DNA of 64,000 nucleotides, taken from contig JAXLWU010000005.1 of the NCBI GenBank assembly GCA_046328335.1, forward strand, positions 156,675 to 220,674, given 5' to 3'. The notes below the pieces were generated by a model. The model searched no databases, had not been told where the DNA came from, and saw only the letters and a list, made by a program, of their open reading frames with translations. This DNA comes from Thermomicrobiales bacterium. Its GTDB lineage: Bacteria > Chloroflexota > Chloroflexia > Thermomicrobiales > UBA6265. Numbering within the stretch: the stretch's first letter is position 1; each line of letters opens with the position of its first letter. The position numbers and the translations under genes are program-made. Positions 27,029 to 35,551 of this stretch are shown here, piece after piece.

Positions 27029-28693
27029 TTAGCTGCGCTCCTGACAAAGCCCATAGACCGAGCCTTGGCACACCTTGCCCGATGGACAGCAGAAATAGAG
27101 CAGGCCCGATGGCGTAAAGGACACGCGGTCAAGACAACAGAGACCCGGTTCTGGACAGCACACGGTATTGATGAAGGATTGCCCGCAGGTCCGGTTTTCT
27201 GGACAGCACCCGCCGCCGAGGCAGGTATGTCCGCTGGCGCATGGCTTGCCGCAGATGATCGAGCCGCCACAGCCATCCGGGAGCGTGGTCTCGGCAAAGC
27301 ACTCGCTGGTAAGGTGATCGTAGTACCAGGCGCACGTCCGCCGCTCACACTCGCAGGTCCCCTGCGCATTGCAAGTCTGGCCTTCCGGGCAACCACCACA
27401 GTGCACCGTGCCGCCGCAGCCATCGTCATGGCTGCCACACGCCGCGCCCAGATCCTCACACGTCTGGGGCAGACAGCATGCGTCGCCGTCTCGTCCCTGC
27501 CGGCCATTCCCCGCCTTCCGTGACGCGCAGGGCACGCAGCGGCGATTGACGCACTGCTTCCCCTGCGGGCAGCCATTGCAGGTCAGCACCTGACCACAGT
27601 TGTTCGTGATCTGGCCGCAGGGCATCTGTCGGCCATCGACCAGGTAATCGCCACACTGCTTGCAACGCAGTTTGCACGTCTGGCTCACGCCATCGCAGTA
27701 GTGATCTTGACCGCAGGTGATAGAGCACGATTTCGTGTTCGGATCGTAGTACTTGCAATTGCCGCTGTCACAACAGACTTGATGGACAGGATCGCACTCC
27801 CCCTCCGGACAGCCGTACTGTTGCTCGCAGTCCCGGAGATCGATGTACAGTTGCCCGAAGTTCGCCAAAAAGCCGCCCAGCGCGCCGATCGGTCCGTCGA
27901 GGGCCCCCACCAGCGTGCCATAGGCCGCTTGCCCAGAATCCGACACGATGGCGTTGATCCGGCAAAGACGACGCTCGAAGATGTCGCAGGTTCGTATCCC
28001 CGCCGCGGCAACGTCATGATCCGCACGTTCCCTGTCTCGCCTGGCGGCCGAACCCATGCTGGTATGGAGCAGGCAGTGGGCGAGCGGGTCCGCGAACGTC
28101 TCCAGGACATCGGTGATGCAGGTCCGGCACGCGGGCGAACTCGTATCCGCGCAGGGGCCGGAACATCCCTCCAGCGCCTCGTACCAATCGGCGGTCACCG
28201 GCGCCATGCATCCGGCAAATTCTGCCTCGCAGGCGGCAATGCCGGAGACGCACGCGCCATCGCACAGCCGTTTTCCAGGGGGACAACAGGGCGATCCGCC
28301 GGGGACGCACCCATCGGCACAGGATTTCAGATCGCTCGGGCAAGCGGACCGCGCCGCGGCACAGCGCCCTGCTTGCGGATCGCAGGTGAGGCCCGAACAG
28401 CATTTGGCAGGCTTGCGGGTGCCTTTCTGCGGTCTCCGACACGATCCGCCCTCGGCCACGCACCGGGGTTTCGGCCTCTTCTTTTCCCCGCTGGCGCCGC
28501 GCCTCGAGAGACGGGGGCGTCGACGATCATGATCGTTGCCGGCCGCCCGGCCAACCGCGTCGCGGTCCTTGCCGAAGCCGGGCGTGGCCGCCCCGAGCAT
28601 CGCAAGGAGCGTGACGAGGAAACTGCCGAAGGTGCGCCGGGGCAGGCGCGCGCCAAGTTGCCGCGTCAGGTGGTCGAAGTTGCGCGCATCCAT
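27029..28693 (-). CDS. Large secreted Cys-rich protein, paralog P4
   Basis: ATG follows GGGAGG. N-terminus MDARNFDHLTRQLGARLPRRTFGSFLVTLLAMLGAA, then HDRRRPRLSRRGASGEKKRPKPRC. Contains repeated CGxxxDGCGGxxxCGxC-type modules. 554 aa. Confidence 0.8.
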   Translation of the reverse strand: MDARNFDHLTRQLGARLPRRTFGSFLVTLLAMLGAATPGFGKDRDAVGRAAGNDHDRRRPRLSRRGASGEKKRPKPRCVAEGGSCRRPQKGTRKPAKCCSGLTCDPQAGRCAAARSACPSDLKSCADGCVPGGSPCCPPGKRLCDGACVSGIAACEAEFAGCMAPVTADWYEALEGCSGPCADTSSPACRTCITDVLETFADPLAHCLLHTSMGSAARRDRERADHDVAAAGIRTCDIFERRLCRINAIVSDSGQAAYGTLVGALDGPIGALGGFLANFGQLYIDLRDCEQQYGCPEGECDPVHQVCCDSGNCKYYDPNTKSCSITCGQDHYCDGVSQTCKLRCKQCGDYLVDGRQMPCGQITNNCGQVLTCNGCPQGKQCVNRRCVPCASRKAGNGRQGRDGDACCLPQTCEDLGAACGSHDDGCGGTVHCGGCPEGQTCNAQGTCECERRTCAWYYDHLTSECFAETTLPDGCGGSIICGKPCASGHTCLGGGCCPENRTCGQSFINTVCCPEPGLCCLDRVSFTPSGLLYFCCPSGKVCQGSVYGLCQERS

Positions 28694-28974
28694 GCGCCCC
28701 AGCCTCCCGGAATCGACTTATGGCGAGGTGCCCTGCCAAGCATATCGGCTGCGCTGGCGCCGGCATATCATGGAAACCCGGTATTTTTCAGGGTGGTTTC
28801 GGTATTGAATATGGTGTCCGGTGTCCGGAAGAACGAAGGAAACATCCTTATCGACGAATGCGACACGTGGCCCTGCTCGGCCCTCGCCTAATGTATGATG
28901 CCAAGAACTGACAAACATGGTCTTCGGCGACCGCGTCGTATCGGCCGTTCAGGTGAAGCCAACGTCCTGCAGTC

Positions 28975-31563
28975 ATGGCACACCCTGGTCCATCTGACTC
29001 CAGACCGCCACATGAGGCCGCGGCCGGCGCTGGCCCGGTGGTATGGCTCACCGCTGGAGAGGCAGCGGTGGTTGCCAAGGTGCATGAGCGCACCATCCGC
29101 CGTGCGATCGCCCGTGGCGACCTGAAGGCGACGCGGGTGCGCGGCCGATTGCGCATTACTCGAGACAACTTGCATGACTACCAGCAGCGCCAACGCCAGG
29201 GCAGCACGGCTCCGCGGCGTCCAGCGCGTGCCCGCCGTCTGGCGACGCTTTCCTCCTTGCCAGTGCCACCCACGGCCATCATTGGCCGGGAGCGAGACGT
29301 TCGTTTGGCTACGGCGTTGCTCACCGGCCCGGATGGCCGCTTGCTGACTCTCACGGGCCCGGGCGGGGTGGGCAAGACCCGGTTGGCGCTGGCCGTGGCG
29401 GCGAATCTGGCATCATCATCTGGCGATGGCGTCGTCTTTGTGCCGCTCGAAGCGGTCCGTGATCCGGCGCAAGTCGCCGCTGCCATCGCGCAAACGCTGG
29501 GTATTGCGCCAGGCATTGGCATGGATCACCGGGCAACGCTGATCGAGGCCGTGCGGCATTACGAGCAACTCATCATTCTGGACAACTTCGAGCAGGTCCT
29601 GGGGGCGGCCGCCCTGGTGGCTGAACTCCTTTCGTTCGGGTCTGGGATCCGCATCCTGGTCACCAGCCGGGAGGCGCTGCGCATTCGGGGCGAAACGGAA
29701 ATCGTGGTCAATCCGCTTGCCGTGCCAGACCTCGCCGGACGTCTGACGGCCGAGGCCGTCGCTCGCGCACCGGCGATCGAACTGTTCGTTCGCTGCGCGC
29801 GAGCGGTGCAGCCCGACTTCACGCTCAACGACGACAACGCGGGCCTTCTCGGCGAAATCTGTCACCGTCTCGACGGCCTGCCCCTGGCGATCGAACTGGC
29901 CGCGAGTCAGATCAAGCATGCGTCGTTGCCGGAATTGCGATCACGCCTGACGCGGCGTCTGGATGCGCTCGCAGCTGGCTCCCGTGACCTGCCGGACCGG
30001 CTACGGACGATGCGCGCGGCGATCGGCTGGAGTTACGACCTGCTGGATGCCGACGAACAAGCCGTCTTTCGCCGCCTGTCCGTTTTCGCCGGTGGGTTCA
30101 CGCTGGAGGCGGCAGCGGCCATATGCGATCCGCTCGGTCAATCCGCGCGTTCCATCCAGGCCACCATCGATTCTCTCGTCAATAAGAGTCTTGTGCACAG
30201 AGTGGAAATCGAGAATGCCTCACGCTTTGCGATGCTCGATACGATCCGCGCCTTTGCCGGCGAACAACTTGTGTCCAATGACGAGGATGCCGAGTTCCAC
30301 CATCGGCACGCGGCGTACTTCCTGTCGCTCGCCGAGGCAGCGAGCAATGCGTTTCACGGTCCCGACGAGATTGCCACGCTTGCGCGCCTCGAGCGAGAGT
30401 TTGGCAACGTGCGTGCGGCGCTGGCGTGGAGTGCGAGCGCAGCGCAATCCCTTGGGATTGCGCTCCGGCTGGCTAACGCCATGGCCTGGCCCTGGTATGT
30501 GCGAGGGCACCAGCAGGAGGGATGGCGCTGGTTTGCCTTGCTCCTGGACCGCGCCGACGAGGAATTCGCGCCGCACGATCATGCCAGGGCCTTGATCTTC
30601 GCCAGTTGGCTCGCCGTGCGACTTGGTATGCCCGAGCGCGCGGAACAGCTTTGCGCCGACGCCCTGATGCAGACGGAGCACCTCGCCTTACGTCCGGAAA
30701 ATGCCTTCGCGGAGAGCACCGCGGGCTTTGTCCGGCTGTATGGATTCGGTGATCCGGCGACGGCGAAGCCGCATTTTCAGGCCGCGTTGCTGAAGGCAAG
30801 GTCCACTGGCGACGGTTGGGTCGAGGCCATGAGCGAGTACGGACTGAGCATCGTTGCCCTGGCGGACGGAGACCTGGCGCAGGCAACGGCGTTCGCGGAA
30901 CGCGGTCTCGCGCGATCGCGAGCGATGGGTGATGTGCAGGGCGCCGCGACGAATCTGGCCCAACTTGGCCGTCTCGCCCGGATTCGCGGCGATCTCCCCT
31001 CGGCGCTCCGTATCACCGCTGACGCTCTGGATCAGTACCTGTTCCTCGACGACCGCGGGAATGTCTGCTCCTGCATCGAATCGCTCGCCGGTCTGCTCGT
31101 TGCCATTGGCCGGTTGGAGCAGGGTACGATGCTGTTTGGCACGGCATCCGCGTTCCGGCAGCGCATTGGCACCCCGGTACCGGGTCACGAACAGACCCGA
31201 TATGAGGCAGATGTTGCCGTGGCCACCCAAGGGCTTGTCCAGGCGAGATTCCAGGACGCTTGGCTGCGGGGCGAAGCGATGGCGCTCCAGGAGACCCTTT
31301 CCGGGATTCCCTGGCGCACAATGTCCCCTTACTCGCGATGTGATGCGCCCCGGCCCGCGGGCGCGTCGTTGCTCCGCACCCTGACGCGACGCGAGCGCCA
31401 GATTCTGGAACTCATCGGCGCGGGACACACCGATCGGCAGATCGGGGATCTGCTCGCCATCAGCCCCGCCACCGTGACTAAACACGTCGGCAACGCGCTT
31501 GCCAAACTTGGCGCGCCCTCCCGTACCGCTGCGGCCGTGCTGCTGCTGACGACCACCATCTGA
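28975..31563 (+). CDS. STAND-type ATPase regulator: N-terminal excisionase/MerR-like HTH, NB-ARC P-loop, TPR-like region, C-terminal LuxR HTH
   Basis: WLTAGEAAVVAKVHERTIRRAIARGDLKATRV (HTH); LTLTGPGGVGKTRLALAVA (Walker A); LIILDNFEQV (Walker B); C-terminus LTRRERQILELIGAGHTDRQIGDLLAISPATVTKHVGNALAKLG (LuxR). Confidence 0.85.
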   Translation: MAHPGPSDSRPPHEAAAGAGPVVWLTAGEAAVVAKVHERTIRRAIARGDLKATRVRGRLRITRDNLHDYQQRQRQGSTAPRRPARARRLATLSSLPVPPTAIIGRERDVRLATALLTGPDGRLLTLTGPGGVGKTRLALAVAANLASSSGDGVVFVPLEAVRDPAQVAAAIAQTLGIAPGIGMDHRATLIEAVRHYEQLIILDNFEQVLGAAALVAELLSFGSGIRILVTSREALRIRGETEIVVNPLAVPDLAGRLTAEAVARAPAIELFVRCARAVQPDFTLNDDNAGLLGEICHRLDGLPLAIELAASQIKHASLPELRSRLTRRLDALAAGSRDLPDRLRTMRAAIGWSYDLLDADEQAVFRRLSVFAGGFTLEAAAAICDPLGQSARSIQATIDSLVNKSLVHRVEIENASRFAMLDTIRAFAGEQLVSNDEDAEFHHRHAAYFLSLAEAASNAFHGPDEIATLARLEREFGNVRAALAWSASAAQSLGIALRLANAMAWPWYVRGHQQEGWRWFALLLDRADEEFAPHDHARALIFASWLAVRLGMPERAEQLCADALMQTEHLALRPENAFAESTAGFVRLYGFGDPATAKPHFQAALLKARSTGDGWVEAMSEYGLSIVALADGDLAQATAFAERGLARSRAMGDVQGAATNLAQLGRLARIRGDLPSALRITADALDQYLFLDDRGNVCSCIESLAGLLVAIGRLEQGTMLFGTASAFRQRIGTPVPGHEQTRYEADVAVATQGLVQARFQDAWLRGEAMALQETLSGIPWRTMSPYSRCDAPRPAGASLLRTLTRRERQILELIGAGHTDRQIGDLLAISPATVTKHVGNALAKLGAPSRTAAAVLLLTTTI

Positions 31564-31712
31564 GCCCGCACGAGTACCGGGTGTCATCGTCCGCGAACGT
31601 ACCGTGACGCCAGCCTCAGTGTCATGACAACTGTCTATACCATCCAGAAATCACTCCTGCTCGCCAGAACGGATGGGTGCGGGCGGGCCGAATCAGAGAG
31701 AAAAGGTCAACC

Positions 31713-32067
31713 ATGGTTGGTCAGCCAATTGACTACACCGTGCGGCCCGGAGAATTGCGCCGCGATTTGCACCTCTCGCGGGAGCGCATGGCGCGCCTCG
31801 TGGACGTGAGCGCAAAGACGGTTGAACGCTGGGAACAACAGCAAGCGCCTCCTGCGCGGACGAGCGCGCGGATTCGGACGCAGCTGGCCCAAATTCAGTC
31901 CGTGCGCGATCTGGGGCTACGCGTTTACACCCCGGAGGGGTTCCAGGAGTTTCTCCGCACGCCATTGCCGGTCCTCGCCGGCCGCGCCCCTGCAGATGAT
32001 CGAACAGGGCGAGGTTGGCGCCGTGATCGCGGTGCTCGCCGCCGATTACGAGGGTCTTGGCTTCTAG
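31713..32067 (+). pseudogene. Xre/MbcA/ParS-type antitoxin (HTH plus DUF2384-like C-terminus) with a frameshift at a C-run
   Basis: Frame 1 gives MVGQPIDY...LSRERMARLVDVSAKTVERWEQ...FLRTPLPVLAGRAP. The expected continuation LQMIEQGEVGAVIAVLAADYEGLGF-stop is in ORF 31822..32067. The switch occurs at CCCC 31987..31990. Confidence 0.7.
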
Positions 32068-32604
32068 ATGACCCTCGCCGGGCACCTGCGTCGCTGGTCT
32101 GACGCCGCGCTGCGTCACATTCCGGCGGGATCCCCCTTTGATGTTCTCGACTTCCGCTTTGCCGGACTCTCGGCCGACAACCGTTGGCATGAACCCGGCG
32201 TTCCCACCCTCTATCTCGCGGGTGACGAAGGCGTCCTGATCGCCGAATGGGGCCGTCACTTTGCTACGAACCGCGCCGCGCACTTGCAGGCATTGACGGT
32301 CGAACGCAATATCTTCCGGTTGGCGTTGACGATCGACGCCGTGCTCGACCTGCGGCGGGAAGAGGTCTGCACCGCGATTGCTATCGAGAATGCTCCCTTC
32401 TGCTTTGCCGATATCGCCTTCGCCCGCGCCACCGCGCGGTTCATCCGCAGCACGACGCAAGATCAGCGGTTGCTCGTGCTATCGCTGGGGTTTATCGACG
32501 ATTTCGAACGGTGGGGCCTGGTCCTGTTCCTCGAAAAGCTCCCGCCCAATCCTGACGGGTTCATTTCCGCGGTGACGCCGTGTGGGCCGCTTCGCTGGGG
32601 CTGA
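32068..32604 (+). CDS. RES-domain toxin (MbcT/ParT-like)
   Basis: ATG directly follows the antitoxin TAG. Translation has ...FAGLSADNRWHEPGVPTLYLAGDEGVLIAEWGRH..., the RES-domain pattern with intact Arg, Glu and Ser positions as far as can be judged by eye. Confidence 0.8.
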   Translation: MTLAGHLRRWSDAALRHIPAGSPFDVLDFRFAGLSADNRWHEPGVPTLYLAGDEGVLIAEWGRHFATNRAAHLQALTVERNIFRLALTIDAVLDLRREEVCTAIAIENAPFCFADIAFARATARFIRSTTQDQRLLVLSLGFIDDFERWGLVLFLEKLPPNPDGFISAVTPCGPLRWG

Positions 32605-32769
32605 AATCAGACGTCGGGGCGGGATTGTCGATGGTGGTACCGTTGCCGTTTCAGGGGGGGCGCTGACCCGCGGCGACGATCTTCCTGGCGGAGGAGCAAG
32701 GGAATGCACGGCGGGGCTAGCGCCGATGCGGCCTTGCCACGGGTACGATCGCACACGAGGTAGGCGCGC

Positions 32770-33165
32770 ATGAGCCAGCAGGGACGGATCCTCGGTATCG
32801 GCGGGATTTTCTTCAAGTCGGCGCATCAGCAACAAATGCAGGAGTGGTACGCCAGCCATCTCGGTCTGGCGGATAGCGGCCAGGGAGTGATGCTGCAGTG
32901 GCGGGAACACGACAACCCCGAGCGCGAGCAGATGACGGTCTGGAGCATCTTCCCGGGCGACACCACCTACTTCGCGCCGAGTCCCGCGCCGTTCATGCTG
33001 AATTACATCGTCGATGACCTCGATGCGCTGCTCGACCGCCTGGCGAACGAAGGCGTCCGCATCGATCCCAATCGCCAGGACGAAAGTTACGGCCGTTTCG
33101 CCTGGATCTACGATCCCGACGGCAACAAGATCGAACTGTGGCAGCCGGTGGATTCAGACGAATAG
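32770..33165 (+). CDS. VOC (glyoxalase/bleomycin-resistance) family protein
   Basis: ILGIGGIFFKS...YGRFAWIYDPDGNKIELWQP is the typical VOC beta-alpha-beta-beta-beta ending. Confidence 0.85.
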   Translation: MSQQGRILGIGGIFFKSAHQQQMQEWYASHLGLADSGQGVMLQWREHDNPEREQMTVWSIFPGDTTYFAPSPAPFMLNYIVDDLDALLDRLANEGVRIDPNRQDESYGRFAWIYDPDGNKIELWQPVDSDE

Positions 33166-33484
33166 GCGTCTCGGCTTAGGGCATCCGTTGGTGCGAATCC
33201 CATTCTCGATATGGCATTGGGTGTAAGACGATCCATATCGTTTCGGTCGACAACCACGCCGTAGTTGTGACAACTGTCGCACTTCAGGCGATAGCGTTGC
33301 GGCCTGCGTGTGGGTCAATTTGCAGCGGGCAGCGTTTGTGCCGACTGCTTTCCCATCCTTGGCTGCCAAGGCTGTGCTTCAGCGGCGACTACTTTGCTTG
33401 CGCTAGGGGACAGAACGTTTGAGCCGAGATATCTGCGTGATCGCGTCCAGTCACGACTGACGTGGTAGACAAGAACGTTCGTTC

Positions 33485-34153
33485 TCAGGAATCAGGAGGA
33501 GGAATTGCAGTCCAGGCTAACGGACGTCGCACGGTGTATCCATCTCCACCTACTATCTCATCAGGCAGTTGGCACGACGCAATAAGACGCTGATCTAGCG
33601 GGCGGGCATGCGAGGCAACGCGCGCAAGTTTTCTCGCAACGACGGTATCAGGGCTAATGACAACCACACGGCGTCCGAATCGCTCCGTTACGATTCTGAT
33701 TGGCTCGACGAAGTCGGAATCATTCGTCATGATGAGTGCCACATCGAATCGACCATCGAAGGTGTCCATGAGCAAGTGCGTCACCAGCGACGCATCAGAC
33801 CCCTTTTCCTGCATAATCCACACCGTTTGTTGCGGATCTATACCATCCGGACATCTGGCAAGTTGGGCTTCCCGCTTGTTTCGATGGAAAATTCCTTCGT
33901 GAATCTCGATTCCTGACAACCCCCTGAGTGCTCGAAGATAGACATCCTGACGTGAAGCACGCTGGGGATCCATTGGCAGATCACGCACGCGAGCTGTGTA
34001 GTACCGCACCAGCGCGAAATCTTCATCAGGGAGAATTGCTTCTGCGAGCGCCTTCAGATTGAGCCATTTCAGTGCAGCATTTCCCAGGTTTCGCTCTCCC
34101 TTGAAGCAGCCGAAATACAGGGCGAATCCGTCAATGTACGCGATTGCGGTCAT
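33485..34153 (-). CDS. NYN-domain (PIN-like ribonuclease fold) protein, copy 1
   Basis: MTAIAYIDGFALYFGCFKG...KWLNLKALAE...QEKGSDASLVTHLLMDTFDGRFDVALIMTNDSDFVEPIRIV. GC is lower than the surroundings. ATG follows GGGAG. Confidence 0.85.
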   Translation of the reverse strand: MTAIAYIDGFALYFGCFKGERNLGNAALKWLNLKALAEAILPDEDFALVRYYTARVRDLPMDPQRASRQDVYLRALRGLSGIEIHEGIFHRNKREAQLARCPDGIDPQQTVWIMQEKGSDASLVTHLLMDTFDGRFDVALIMTNDSDFVEPIRIVTERFGRRVVVISPDTVVARKLARVASHARPLDQRLIASCQLPDEIVGGDGYTVRRPLAWTAIPPPDS

Positions 34154-34264
34154 TGCGCTCCCAACAAGAAGAGGGGCCCACCTGATGGGTGGGCCCCTCG
34201 GCCTACCACCGAAGCGGTAGGGGACTTCCCTATCATTATATGAATTCACAGTCACCGTCGTCAA
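34154..34264 (-). promoter_or_regulatory. Leader L1: TTGACG-18 nt-TATAAT promoter, hairpin 1, terminator-like hairpin 2, U-rich tract, then the NYN RBS
   Basis: On the minus strand: -35 at 34264..34259 and -10 at 34240..34235. Hairpin 1 is CCTACCGC-TTCG-GTGGTAGG (34221..34202). Hairpin 2 is GAGGGGCCCACC-CATCA-GGTGGGCCCCTC (34199..34171), followed by TTCTTGTT and ATG at 34153. Confidence 0.5.
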
Positions 34265-34440
34265 TGCCGTGTTCGTACGTCTCTTGCTCACAACGACCAA
34301 ACTAAGCCACTGAACACCTGTGACGGTTCGTGCCAGCGCGACGGTTCGCTTCAGGCGGCGCGGCTATACTGACTGGCGCGGAGCAATGGTGGCTCCGCGT
34401 TTGACTTGCCTTTGCTGCATTCGAGGTAGATGGGAATTCC

Positions 34441-35551
34441 ATGTCAACCACCGAAATGACAATCGATCTCGCCAGCATCCGCCAGCGTCTGGACCGGCTC
34501 GGGGTGCGTCTTTGACTTGGCTGCTGTCGAGCAGGAAATCGCGGCGATCGAGGCCGAGAGCGCCGCGCCTGGATTCTGGGATGACGCCCGCGCCGCGCAG
34601 CAACGGATGCGGCGGCTGGGCGATTTGCGCAACGAAGTCGGTGTCTGGAAGCGTCTGACCACACAACTGGACGATCTCGACGTGCTCGCCGAACTGGCGG
34701 TGGAAGATGACGATCTCGCCGCCGAATTGACGCGTGAGTCGGCCCGGATCAAGAGCGAGGTCGATCAGTTCGAACTCGATTCCACCCTCTCCGGTCCCTA
34801 TGACGGCTCCGATGCACTGCTCGTCGTCCACTCTGGGGAGGGCGGCATCGACGCCCAGGACTGGGCGGAGATGCTCTCCCGCATGTATCTCCGCTGGGCG
34901 GAGCGGCGGGGGCTGAAGGCCGAGGTGCTGGACAGCACCGATGGTGAAGAAGCGGGCATCAAGAACGCGACGATCGAAATTCGCGGGCCCCGTGCCTACG
35001 GCTACGCCAAGGCGGAGGCCGGTTCGCACCGGTTGGTGCGGCTGTCGCCGTTCGACGCCGCCCATCGCCGCCACACCGCCTTCGCGCTGGTCGAAGTGCT
35101 GCCGGAAATCGAGGGCGATCACGTCATCGAGATCAACGACGACGATCTCCGCGTCGATACCTACCGCGCCTCCGGCGCCGGCGGCCAGCACGTCAACAAG
35201 ACATCGTCAGCGGTGCGCATCACGCACCTGCCGACCGGCATCGTGGTCACCTGTCAGAACGAGCGCTCGCAGATCCAGAACCGGGAAACGGCGATGAAAA
35301 TCCTGCGTGCCCGCCTGCTGGAGCGGAAGATGATGGCCGAGGCGGACGAGCGCGCCCGTCTCAAGGGGGATCACACCGCGGCCGGGTTCGGCAACCGCAT
35401 CCGTTCCTACGTGCTGCACCCCTACACCCAGGTCACCGATCACCGCACCGATATCAGCGTCGGCGATACAGGCGCGGTGCTGGACGGCGAGATCGATCCC
35501 TTTATCGATGCCTACCTGCATCAGCAACTGAGCCGAACGAGTGCATCATGA
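34441..35551 (+). CDS. prfB: Peptide chain release factor 2 with programmed +1 frameshift (34441..34512 joined to 34514..35551)
   Basis: ORF0 is MSTTEMTIDLASIRQRLDRLGVRL, ending at CTT TGA C. The +1 frame continues DLAAVEQEI... and carries the SPF (RLSPFD) and GGQ (SGAGGQHVNK) motifs. Confidence 0.95.
34501..34516 (+). promoter_or_regulatory. prfB recoding site
   Basis: GGGGTGCGT CTT TGA C: an SD-like GGGGTG three nt upstream of the slippery CTT followed by in-frame TGA-C. Confidence 0.9.

Noticed and set aside
28975-31563. Calling the STAND ATPase an antiviral Avs/NLR-type defence protein because it lies next to the RES-Xre module.
   Set aside because: It carries DNA-binding domains at both ends (MerR/excisionase-like and LuxR) and no nuclease, protease or other effector domain. 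That fits a transcriptional regulator of the LAL/MalT type.
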